From Opitutales bacterium (GTDB taxonomy: Bacteria > Verrucomicrobiota > Verrucomicrobiia > Opitutales > Oceanipulchritudinaceae), in assembly GCA_020831525.1 (NCBI GenBank), contig JAFIGH010000035.1:1-24000 (forward strand): a DNA stretch of 24,000 bases, read 5' to 3'. Shown piece by piece: positions 7,865 through 15,719 of the stretch. How positions within the stretch are numbered: the stretch's first letter is position 1; the number at the start of each line of letters is the position of its first letter. The position numbers were made by a program, and so were the translations under genes. Below the pieces are notes generated by a model. That model saw only the letters and a list, made by a program, of their open reading frames with translations. It had not been told where the DNA came from and did no database searches.

Positions 7865-8992
7865 TTAACGAAGGGTGTAGAGGTACGCGGTGACAGCATG
7901 GACTTCCTCGTCGGAGAGGTCGTAGTCCTTCAGCCCCGGCATGATGACGGTGCGACCGTCGCGGTCTAGAAATCCGCGGTACATAAAATTGCCGGGCTTG
8001 ACCTTCTCCGGCTCGCGGATCCAGCGGTAAAGCAGGTCGTATTCATTCTCGTACCACCCCGCGGCAACGGACGTGCGCGAACCAAAGTGGGCGAGGTTGG
8101 GACCGTTTGTCTGGATCCGGGGATTGACGCTGTGGCACCCCGCGCAGGCTTGGCGGAAGACCTCCGCGCCTTTGAGGATTTTGTCTTCAGGATAGCCCCA
8201 GTCCTCACGAGCGAGGAGCGGCTCGAACGATCCGTCGTCTGCCACTGTATCGCGCTGTTGCGTCTCCAGCCACTCCTCCCACTCATCCTCGGGCAGAGCG
8301 ATGGCACGGAAGAGCATGTAGGCGTGCGAATCGCCGCAGAACTCGGCACACTGGCCCCAGAAATAGCCGGGCTCGTCGGCCATGATCCATATGAAGTTTT
8401 CCTGTCCGGGAATGAGGTCGACCTTGCCCGCTAGCTTGGGCAGCCAGAAGCTGTGGATCACATCGTCGGCGCGCAGGTTGATCTTCACAGCGCGCCCCGC
8501 CGGGAAGACGAGTTCGTTCGCCGTGTAGAAGCCCTGCTCCGGGTATTCAAAAGCCCACCACCACTGGAATCCGACAACATTCACCTCGATAGCGCCGTCG
8601 AGTAACTCTTCTGGAACAACCTTCTTGAGGATGATTCCTCCGAATGTGGGGATGGCAATGATGACGAGTAGCCCCGCCGAAGCGATGACAAGGCCCATTT
8701 CCAACATCGGATGACCGTGCGACTGCGGGGGAATGAAGTTGGGGTCGTCCCCCTTGCGCTGACGGAACTTCCACAACACCCACGCAAGCGCCCCCCCCAC
8801 CGTGATGAAGATGAAGGTCGTCACGTAGAGCGTGAGCATGAAGATGTCGTACTGGTTTTTCGCGACAGGGCCCTTGGGGTCAAGGGCGGACTGTTGCCCT
8901 TCGATGTTGAGTGAGCAACCGACCGTCAGCAGAAGAAGCCCGGCGGCAAGTCCGGCGGCGGCGAGAAACGGAGTGCGGATTCGGAGACGCAT
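7865..8992 (-). CDS. ctaC: Cytochrome c oxidase subunit II with fused C-terminal cytochrome c domain (caa3-type), lipoprotein
   Basis: CuA site CAEFCGDSHAYM and heme c motif CAGCHS. The ATG at 8992 gives MRLRIRTPFLAAAGLAAGLLLLTVGC, a signal peptide with a lipobox. The longer ORF to 9112 would overlap ctaB. Confidence 0.93.
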   Translation of the reverse strand: MRLRIRTPFLAAAGLAAGLLLLTVGCSLNIEGQQSALDPKGPVAKNQYDIFMLTLYVTTFIFITVGGALAWVLWKFRQRKGDDPNFIPPQSHGHPMLEMGLVIASAGLLVIIAIPTFGGIILKKVVPEELLDGAIEVNVVGFQWWWAFEYPEQGFYTANELVFPAGRAVKINLRADDVIHSFWLPKLAGKVDLIPGQENFIWIMADEPGYFWGQCAEFCGDSHAYMLFRAIALPEDEWEEWLETQQRDTVADDGSFEPLLAREDWGYPEDKILKGAEVFRQACAGCHSVNPRIQTNGPNLAHFGSRTSVAAGWYENEYDLLYRWIREPEKVKPGNFMYRGFLDRDGRTVIMPGLKDYDLSDEEVHAVTAYLYTLR

Positions 8993-8996
8993 ACGG

Positions 8997-9908
8997 TCAG
9001 AAGATAAAGCGGTCGACGACGAGGAAGGAGAGATACACCGGCAGATGAATGAGCGTGGCCCCGAAGAGCCGCCGCGCGGCGGGCACGGACGCCGGACGGC
9101 GCAGGTAGGCAAAAGCGGCGGCGAGAATGTGCGCCGAGAGCAGCACGGCCGCGGCGAGGAAGAGCCAGCCTGTCTCCACCACGGCGAGGGGCAGGAAAGT
9201 CACGCCGACAAGGAGTAGCGTCCAGAGAAACGCTTTGCGCGCCACAGACCGCCCGGAGGTATCCGACACCGCGAGCATGCGGAATCCGCCCGCACGGTAG
9301 TCCTCGCGGCACATCCACGAGATGGCGAGAAAGTGCGGGATCTGCCAGACAAAGAGGTAGGCGAAAAGCGCCCAGCCGAGACCGCTCAGACCTCCGCCCG
9401 CCGCCACCCAGCCGATAACTGGGGGCAAGGCGCCGGGCAGCGCGCCCACTTCGAGCGCCCACGGTGTCATGCCCTTCATCGGTGTGTAGAGCAGCACGTA
9501 AAGAAGAACCGTCGCGAGGGCCAGAAGCGAGGCAAACGCATTGGCACCGAAAAAGAGCACCCCGACACCAGTCGCGCTGAGCGCCACGCCATAAGCGAGG
9601 GCCGTCGCCGGGGCGACACGACCGCTCGCCACGGGACGGTCCGCCGTGCGCCGCATGAGGCGGTCGGCGTCGCGCTCCCACCACTGGTTGAGCACGCCCG
9701 CGCCGAAAGCGGCAAACGCACAACCGAGCCCGACAACCACGGGGGCCGCCCATCCGGTGCTCGGCTCCGCCGCGAAATACCCGAGAACAGCGGAGACCAC
9801 CGACATCAGGCTCAACCGCGGTTTGGTCAGCTCGACAAAGTCCGAGAAGCGCGGAGCGCCCGAGGCCTCCCGTGCCGGAACAAATACCGATGTGGAACTA
9901 TGACTCAT
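8997..9908 (-). CDS. ctaB: Protoheme IX farnesyltransferase (heme O synthase)
   Basis: UbiA-family polytopic protein. Contains ELTKPRLSLM and NQWWERDADRLMRRTADRP motifs. Its stop lies 4 nt before the ctaC start. Confidence 0.93.
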   Translation of the reverse strand: MSHSSTSVFVPAREASGAPRFSDFVELTKPRLSLMSVVSAVLGYFAAEPSTGWAAPVVVGLGCAFAAFGAGVLNQWWERDADRLMRRTADRPVASGRVAPATALAYGVALSATGVGVLFFGANAFASLLALATVLLYVLLYTPMKGMTPWALEVGALPGALPPVIGWVAAGGGLSGLGWALFAYLFVWQIPHFLAISWMCREDYRAGGFRMLAVSDTSGRSVARKAFLWTLLLVGVTFLPLAVVETGWLFLAAAVLLSAHILAAAFAYLRRPASVPAARRLFGATLIHLPVYLSFLVVDRFIF

Positions 9909-9951
9909 GAAATCAAATGGGGATGAAAAGACACGGAAAAACCGTTCGGCG

Positions 9952-9992
9952 GCATCGTCGAAACGTAGCGTGAAGATTTAGAGAGCGCGCGC
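9952..9992 (+). repeat. Third, decayed copy of the GTAG-headed repeat
   Basis: aaacGTAGCGTGAAGatTTtAGaGAGCGcGCGC aligns by hand at about 26/31 positions with caacGTAGCGTGAAGCTTCAGCGAGCGTGCGC at 4596-4626. It lies in the 129-bp ctaA-ctaB gap. Confidence 0.45.
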
Positions 9993-10037
9993 CATGGAAA
10001 ATCCGTCTGTGTATCGAAAACGCTTTCATGTCTATAT

Positions 10038-11069
10038 TCACGAAGCGCGCGCCCCGGAAAGTTCGGCTCCGGCGGCGGCGGGCTCACCTTCCGCTTTCCG
10101 TACGGCAGAGCGTCCACCGTCCTCCGGCTCCAGCACGGAACGAAACGCTGCGAAGGTCCCCGCCCACACGACGGCGAAAAAGACGGCCCCGTTGAGGACG
10201 TGGAGGGTCGTCTGAAAAGGGGCGCGGCCCGACCAGATGATTTCCGCTCCGAGGGCGATCTGGATACACACGAGCGCCAGCGCGGCGACAGCGAGCTTCT
10301 TCATCGCCCGCGTGACGCCGGGGCTACGGAAGAGCGTGATCATCCATGCGATCAGCAGCGCGAGGATGACCACCGCAAGAACGCGGTGGAGAAAATGGAT
10401 TTGCGTGGCCCAGTTCCACGCGGCGGGGAGCCAGCCCCCGTCGGAGCGCGCGTGCGGAAAATAGGGTATGGCCATCCCCGCCCCCCGGTGGCGCATGACC
10501 GCACCGACGACCAACTGCACAAAAACCCCTGCGCAAAGCACGAGCCCGAGCGTGCGCATGCGCGCCCACGCCCGTTCCGGCAGGGCACGCGGCAACTCGC
10601 GCCACCAGCGGCTCAGACCGACGACGAGGGAGGTGAGCGTGCAGAGGTAGAGCTGCGCCATGACCCCGTGGATCTTCGCCAGATCAAGGCTAACGAGCAA
10701 CACGCGGAAGCCGCCGAGAAGACCTTGGAAAATGACAAGCCCCACCGCAAACCAGCCAAGGCGCCGGATCCACTTACGGTCCTCGCGCAGGTGGATCCAC
10801 ACCGCCAGCGTGAGCGTAAGCAGCCCCACGAGGGCACCGAGGAGGCGGTGGCTGTGCTCGGCGAGCATCGCCTCGTCCGTCGTCCAGCCCGGCGGGTTGA
10901 GCGAGCCGTTGGAGAGCGGCCAATCCGGGAACACCATACCCGCCCCGATCGTCGTCGTAAATCCTCCGGCGTAAACGAGGATGAGTGTGACGGCGAGGGT
11001 CAGGAAAGCAAATCCCGTTAGGTTGGGACGGTGGCCTGCGGCCTCTTTGGACGTGTCTTCGGGAGTCAT
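10038..11069 (-). CDS. ctaA: Heme A synthase (COX15/CtaA)
   Basis: Polytopic protein with FPDWPL, EHSHRLLG and HFLHRVLA His motifs. The ATG at 11069 is preferred over the TTG at 11078. Confidence 0.9.
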   Translation of the reverse strand: MTPEDTSKEAAGHRPNLTGFAFLTLAVTLILVYAGGFTTTIGAGMVFPDWPLSNGSLNPPGWTTDEAMLAEHSHRLLGALVGLLTLTLAVWIHLREDRKWIRRLGWFAVGLVIFQGLLGGFRVLLVSLDLAKIHGVMAQLYLCTLTSLVVGLSRWWRELPRALPERAWARMRTLGLVLCAGVFVQLVVGAVMRHRGAGMAIPYFPHARSDGGWLPAAWNWATQIHFLHRVLAVVILALLIAWMITLFRSPGVTRAMKKLAVAALALVCIQIALGAEIIWSGRAPFQTTLHVLNGAVFFAVVWAGTFAAFRSVLEPEDGGRSAVRKAEGEPAAAGAELSGARAS

Positions 11070-11230
11070 TTCGAGCAAATTCGGCTCCTCTGCGCACAGA
11101 CTGTATACTTCTGCTTGAAGCGCATGGTGAATAAGGCAATGTAGGGTTTGGTATTACAACCTCGGACGGTTACGATCCGCCCGTTAGCAGAATTTCTGAT
11201 CGTTACCCGCCCTCACGATTAACTACATTT

Positions 11231-12118
11231 ATGCAGGCAAGCAATTTCTCTTTTTCCGTCCGCGGATTCCTCGCCGCTCTCGCCGTCGCCGCGACAGTCG
11301 CTGCCGTGCCCGCGCAGGCGGAAATCGTCTCCGCCACCATTGAGGAGGTCGATGCCGAAAACCGCACCCTCCGCCTGAGGGTCGACGACGGAGACAGCGA
11401 AGCCCGCATGGTCTCCGCCCGGGTCGGCCCCGGCGATGTCCTCATCGCCCGGGAGGGAGCGCAGGTGCGCGGCGAACTCGTCACCCTCGGCGGTCGGCTC
11501 CACCTGCAAAACATCTGGCCCGACGACTCCCGCGCCATCGGCACCATGCGCAACCTCGCACGCCAACTGCGCCGCGACACACTTCAGCGCGGCCGCCGTG
11601 CCTTCCGCGGCATCGGCGAGCCATGGCCGCGGTTCGCCCTTTTCGACCAGCAAGGCGAGTTATTCCTCAGCGAGGGCACGCGCGGCGACTACGTCATCGT
11701 CAACTTTATCTTCACCCGCTGCACCGTGCCCAACATGTGCCCCGCCGCAACACGGCGCATGGCGGAGACACAGAAGCTCGCCCGCGAGCGCGGCATCGAA
11801 AACTTCCGTCTGGTCTCCATCACCCTCGACCCCGACTACGACACCCCCGGCATTCTCGCCGCCTACGGGGACAGCCGCGGCATCGACTCTGCCAACTTCC
11901 ACTTCCTTACCGGCCCCGAGCAGGTCATCGCCGACCTCACCGAGCAAATGGGCATCCTCTCCCGCGACCATCCCGAGGAGATTATCCAGCACACCATGTC
12001 CACGACCCTCGTCGATCCGGTCGGGCGCATCTTTTACCGTGTGCCTGGCAGCAACTGGAGCGCCGAGGCCTTCATCCGCCAAATCGAACGCCACCGCGAA
12101 AATGAACGCGAGTCCTGA
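11231..12118 (+). CDS. SCO1/SenC-family thioredoxin-fold copper chaperone with an N-terminal extra domain
   Basis: Signal peptide MQASNFSFSVRGFLAALAVAATVAAVPAQA. Cys pair in FIFTRCTVPNMCPA (C-x5-C variant). The distal His lies in IIQHTMSTTLVDPVGRI. The gene is divergent from the cta cluster. Confidence 0.85.
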   Translation: MQASNFSFSVRGFLAALAVAATVAAVPAQAEIVSATIEEVDAENRTLRLRVDDGDSEARMVSARVGPGDVLIAREGAQVRGELVTLGGRLHLQNIWPDDSRAIGTMRNLARQLRRDTLQRGRRAFRGIGEPWPRFALFDQQGELFLSEGTRGDYVIVNFIFTRCTVPNMCPAATRRMAETQKLARERGIENFRLVSITLDPDYDTPGILAAYGDSRGIDSANFHFLTGPEQVIADLTEQMGILSRDHPEEIIQHTMSTTLVDPVGRIFYRVPGSNWSAEAFIRQIERHRENERES

Positions 12119-13028
12119 ACACCGCCCCTCCCTCTCCCGCCGCTTCTGGCTGCACTCCGCCCTTCTCAGCGGAGCCTGCGTCGCCGCCTACGCGGGTATC
12201 CGTATGATCCCCGTCGAGCCGTGCGAGTTTCTGCACTACGGCGACTTCATGACCGCCGACGGCGTCATCGAGGAATGCGGATACGAGGAGACCAACTTTT
12301 TCGACATGGACGCGCTGCGCTTCCCCATCATCGCGCGCGTCACGCCCCTCATCGACCCGGAGGTCGGCGTCGCAACACCCATGAAACTCACCCTCTACAG
12401 CATGCAGGGCCGACCCATACGCGCTGAGAACATTGCCGTGAGCCACACTGAGCGGGTCCACGCCCTTATCGTCGACCCCTCGCTTGACGACTACCAGCAC
12501 ATCCACCCCGCCGCCGAGGGTCCGGCCGGCCACTACACCTTCACCTTCACTCCGCAATACGCCGGCGAGCACCAGGTTTATCTCGACTTCATCCTCCTCA
12601 CGACAAACCGCCGCGCCCTCGTCAGCACCACGTTCGAAGTGCCCGGCGACGAAACCGCCGAACCCCGCGCCCTCTCCGGCCGGTTCGAGGAGGACGGACT
12701 CGTCTACACTCTTGGTGCCGAAGACGGTTCGCTGCGCGCGGGCAAAGACGCCGTCATCCGCCTCCGTGTCGACCCCGCCGACGGCAAACACGTCGAGTTC
12801 GAGCCCGTCATGGGCAGCTTCGCGCACCTCGTCGCCTTCCAGCGCGGGCGCCACGGCTTCGCCCACCTACACCCGCGCAATCCCTTCCTGCGCGACCACG
12901 ATCCCCTCGACCCCGACCTCTCCTTTTCCATCCACCTCGACCAACCCGGAGACTACCGCGTCTGGGCGCAGGTCAAGATCAACGGCCGCGAACGCATCGT
13001 TCCCTTCGATCTGAAAGTCAGAGGCTAG
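12102..13028 (+). CDS. Tat-signal periplasmic His-rich protein of unknown function (308 aa), candidate metal-binding protein
   Basis: The in-frame ATG at 12102 gives a twin-arginine leader (PSLSRRFWLHSALLSGA). It overlaps the SCO gene by 17 nt. The motif H-x12-H-x-H-P occurs twice: HALIVDPSLDDYQHIHP (12459-12509) and HLVAFQRGRHGFAHLHP (12825-12875). The rest of the ORF from 11436 runs in another frame of the SCO gene and is discounted. Confidence 0.65.
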   Translation: MNASPEHRPSLSRRFWLHSALLSGACVAAYAGIRMIPVEPCEFLHYGDFMTADGVIEECGYEETNFFDMDALRFPIIARVTPLIDPEVGVATPMKLTLYSMQGRPIRAENIAVSHTERVHALIVDPSLDDYQHIHPAAEGPAGHYTFTFTPQYAGEHQVYLDFILLTTNRRALVSTTFEVPGDETAEPRALSGRFEEDGLVYTLGAEDGSLRAGKDAVIRLRVDPADGKHVEFEPVMGSFAHLVAFQRGRHGFAHLHPRNPFLRDHDPLDPDLSFSIHLDQPGDYRVWAQVKINGRERIVPFDLKVRG

Positions 13029-13180
13029 TCGTTTGGACCCGACCTGAATTCTTCTCATTCGGCGGACAACCCGGCGCAAAGCCGGAAAACTCCAGACAAT
13101 CCCGTAAGCAGAGGTATTCGGGCCAGATTGCTTCAGCCGCAATACCGACCGGGATGCTTTGAACTGAACGTTCTCTGCCC

Positions 13181-15040
13181 CTACTCCACCAAGTCCGCGG
13201 CGTCCAGCCACTCGCCGGTGTCGTAGCGGAAGAAGCGCCGCTCACCGGGCGCTGATTCTGCGTCGAAAGCCACCCAGGCATCGACCGGAGCACCGGCGTA
13301 GTAGACGGGAAAGAGGTCTTCGGATGTCCACATCCATGCGCCCGCTTCAAAGTCGAAGAATGCGAGGTGCGTGCCGTCCGTCCCGCCGAAGAGCTGCCAG
13401 CCGTGGACGTCGTGCCACACCCAGCGCCGGTCTTGATAGAATTCGCCAAACCACGGAAGTTCGCACCAGCCGCCGTCGGCGCAGCCGGTTCCCGCCGCCT
13501 GCGCCAGCCCCTGCACGCCCGGCGGCGTCCAGAGGAAGATCGCTTCACGGTCGTCGGCCAAGGTAACCCGGAAGGTCACGTGGCCCGCCTCGCCGAGACC
13601 GGAACCGCGCCCGCGGTCGCCGAAGGAATCTTCGGCGTCGCTGAGGAGAATCTCGTCCACCGGGCTGCCCGCGATTTCGGCGCCTTCACGGATGAGTTCG
13701 TGCAAAGTGCCGAACTCGTCGCGGAAGAGGAGCATCAACAAGTGGTCGGATCCCGGCCCGTCCGGGCGCGGAAACGAAACGCGGGCGACAAAGGCGGTCT
13801 GGCCCCGGTCGTTGATGGCGATACGCCGGGGGACACCGGAGGGCCAGCCTCCGAACGAACCGCCGCCCGGAGCAGGCATCTCCCTCGTCATGGCGCGACG
13901 GATGCCGGAGGAATTCGCGAAGTAGAGGTCTCGCCCGTCGGCGCCGACGAAGACGGCGAGACCGTTGTTGTTGATGCTCAAGGTCCCGACGTTCGCGAAG
14001 GTCCCTCCCCCCGGTATGGGATCGCCATTGCGGACAAGGACATGCCCCGTTTCGCCGTCGCTCAAGACATTGACAGCTCGGATTCCCTGACCTTCCACCC
14101 AGCCGCGGAAAGCCACCCGCCCATGATCATCGAGGGAGAGGACAGGGAAGTGGGGCGTGCGGTTTGCAAAGACACCGTTGCCGTCCGGAATGGGATCACC
14201 TGCGCGCACGATCAGGCGCACGCCGTCGTCGTCGGCGAGGAGGACTCCGTGCGTGGTGCCTTCCTCCTCCCCGATGTTTAGGGCGGCCGTAAAGGCGATC
14301 TGCCCGCGGTCATTGATAGCGTGCCCGCCCAGAATGTTGTTGATGACCACACCGGTCCCGGGAACTTCCATGCCGTTTACGGCGAGGCGGGTGACCGATC
14401 CGTCCGGCTCCATGCGGTCGGTGCTGCCGTAGAACTCGTTCAAAGTAACGCGATTGTTCGAGCGTAAGGCAATTTGATCGTTGTTGTTCATCGACCAAGA
14501 CGCCCATGTCGTGAAGGTCGCGCCCCCGCCGGGGACGGTTTCCGTCGAGACCGGACCCTGTATTGTCCCTTCCAACCGGTCAAAGCGAAACATGCCGTGG
14601 TTAACAGTACTCCCGGGGGCGAGTACCTCTGATACGCTCGTGAAAGCGCCAATGGAACCGCGCTCGTTAAAAGCAATGCGGTCTAAACCTCTCGCGGTGC
14701 TGCGGATGCTCAGGATGCCGTGAGGCGGATCGACCGGGTCCGAGCGGAACAGTTCCTCCGGCTCTCCGTCACGCCAGAGATGGAGGGCGTTGCGCGACCG
14801 CAGCACCCAATCTTCGTTGTAGAGTGTGAGGCGGACGGCCACCTCGCCGCGGGCGTTCACCATAGGCGCGTGGAAGCCTTCGTAGAGGCCGTCCCCGAAG
14901 GGCTCCGGTGTCTCGGCGACGGCCAGCAGCGCGAGTTGACCGGCGCTTCCGGCGCAAGGAAGAAGAAAGAGAGGAACGAAGAGGCACGAAAGACGGGCGC
15001 GCACCCGCCGCATGCGGAGGGGAATCGACAGCATTTTCAT
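13181..15040 (-). CDS. Secreted NxxGxxAF-type tandem-repeat (beta-propeller-like) protein with a Trp-rich C-terminal module
   Basis: Signal peptide MKMLSIPLRMRRVRARLSCLFVPLFLLPCAGSAG. About 8 spaced repeats: VNARGEVAV, FNERGSIGAF, MNNNDQIAL, INDRGQIAF, LDDHGRVAF, INNNGLAVF, INDRGQTAF, LGEAGHVTF. The C-terminus is rich in W/F/Y (WVWHDVHGWQLF, AWMWTSEDLFPVYY). Confidence 0.75.
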   Translation of the reverse strand: MKMLSIPLRMRRVRARLSCLFVPLFLLPCAGSAGQLALLAVAETPEPFGDGLYEGFHAPMVNARGEVAVRLTLYNEDWVLRSRNALHLWRDGEPEELFRSDPVDPPHGILSIRSTARGLDRIAFNERGSIGAFTSVSEVLAPGSTVNHGMFRFDRLEGTIQGPVSTETVPGGGATFTTWASWSMNNNDQIALRSNNRVTLNEFYGSTDRMEPDGSVTRLAVNGMEVPGTGVVINNILGGHAINDRGQIAFTAALNIGEEEGTTHGVLLADDDGVRLIVRAGDPIPDGNGVFANRTPHFPVLSLDDHGRVAFRGWVEGQGIRAVNVLSDGETGHVLVRNGDPIPGGGTFANVGTLSINNNGLAVFVGADGRDLYFANSSGIRRAMTREMPAPGGGSFGGWPSGVPRRIAINDRGQTAFVARVSFPRPDGPGSDHLLMLLFRDEFGTLHELIREGAEIAGSPVDEILLSDAEDSFGDRGRGSGLGEAGHVTFRVTLADDREAIFLWTPPGVQGLAQAAGTGCADGGWCELPWFGEFYQDRRWVWHDVHGWQLFGGTDGTHLAFFDFEAGAWMWTSEDLFPVYYAGAPVDAWVAFDAESAPGERRFFRYDTGEWLDAADLVE

Positions 15041-15222
15041 ATTTGGACCGGATAAACGTGAGCTGGAGACAACCGGCTTCCGAATTGCGGTTAGGCGAAG
15101 CGCCTACGGCGGAAGCACGGTTGTGCGAATAGAGAGGAGCCCAATGATGAGCCTCCCGCACGGCCCGGTCGAGACAAAACCAATTATAATGCCCGGTAAA
15201 ACCGCTTAGCCGACAACCCGCC

Positions 15223-15594
15223 CTATTTCACCGACCAGAGCGGATTGTCGCGGGCCGTGTCGATGAGCTTTTGTGTGGTGCGGTCGAGACGGCTGGCGAG
15301 GGTGCGGATGATTTTGGCCGCGATTTCCGGCTGCATCTGCACCAGCTCTTCGAGACTGCTCGCCTCGATATGGGTGATGACGGAGTTGTTCTTCGCCTTG
15401 ACAGTGCAGGTGCGCGGGCGCCCGAGGATGTCGCCCATCTCGCCGAAGATGGTGCCCGGATACATGAGCACGGCAAGGAGCACATCGTCTTTGAAGACTT
15501 CGAGCGTTCCCTTCTTGAGGACGAAAAACCCGGAACCTTCCTCACCCTGTTCGATGATGGTCTGACCCGGCGCGACTTCAATATCCTGTTCCAT
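15223..15594 (-). CDS. Stand-alone cyclic-nucleotide-binding domain protein (123 aa)
   Basis: GQTIIEQGEEGSGFFVLKKGTLEV ... FGEMGDILGRPRTCTVKA matches the cNMP-binding beta-roll and phosphate-binding cassette. There is no DNA-binding or other output domain. The ATG is at 15594, with a TTG alternative at 15600. Confidence 0.75.
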   Translation of the reverse strand: MEQDIEVAPGQTIIEQGEEGSGFFVLKKGTLEVFKDDVLLAVLMYPGTIFGEMGDILGRPRTCTVKAKNNSVITHIEASSLEELVQMQPEIAAKIIRTLASRLDRTTQKLIDTARDNPLWSVK

Positions 15595-15625
15595 GAGCAA
15601 GCGGTTTACGTAGCCACCCAGACTA

Positions 15626-15657
15626 CAGAAGAAACGGATAATGACTGAAGTTATCCG
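15626..15657 (-). terminator. Possible terminator or attenuator hairpin after uvrC
   Basis: CGGATAA (15635-15641) pairs with TTATCCG (15651-15657), with a 9-nt loop. On the minus strand it is followed by TTTCTTCTG. The stem is short, so the call is weak. Confidence 0.3.
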
Positions 15658-15719
15658 CCGGAATCAAGCCCAAGTCGGACCCCGCTTTTGAAGAATCCGT
15701 AAAACGGCAGTGAGGCCTG

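Noticed and set aside
8791-8798. C8 homopolymer inside ctaC (G8 on the coding strand) and a G7 run at 1844-1850 in the PhyH gene, as possible phase-variation tracts
   Set aside because: Both encode Gly-Gly within ordinary protein context (VGGALAW and WWGGKG). Both genes are intact. Nothing in a single sequence suggests length variation, and it would only be worth checking with population or read data.
8993-9112. Extension of the ctaC ORF upstream of ATG 8992
   Set aside because: It would overlap the ctaB 3' end by more than 100 nt. The ATG at 8992 yields a textbook lipoprotein signal peptide and lies 4 nt after the ctaB stop.
11436-12101. Upstream part of the 530-aa ORF 11436..13028
   Set aside because: It runs through the SCO gene in a different frame and has low-complexity Ser/Pro/Ala/Thr content. 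The real gene most plausibly starts at ATG 12102, which provides a Tat leader.
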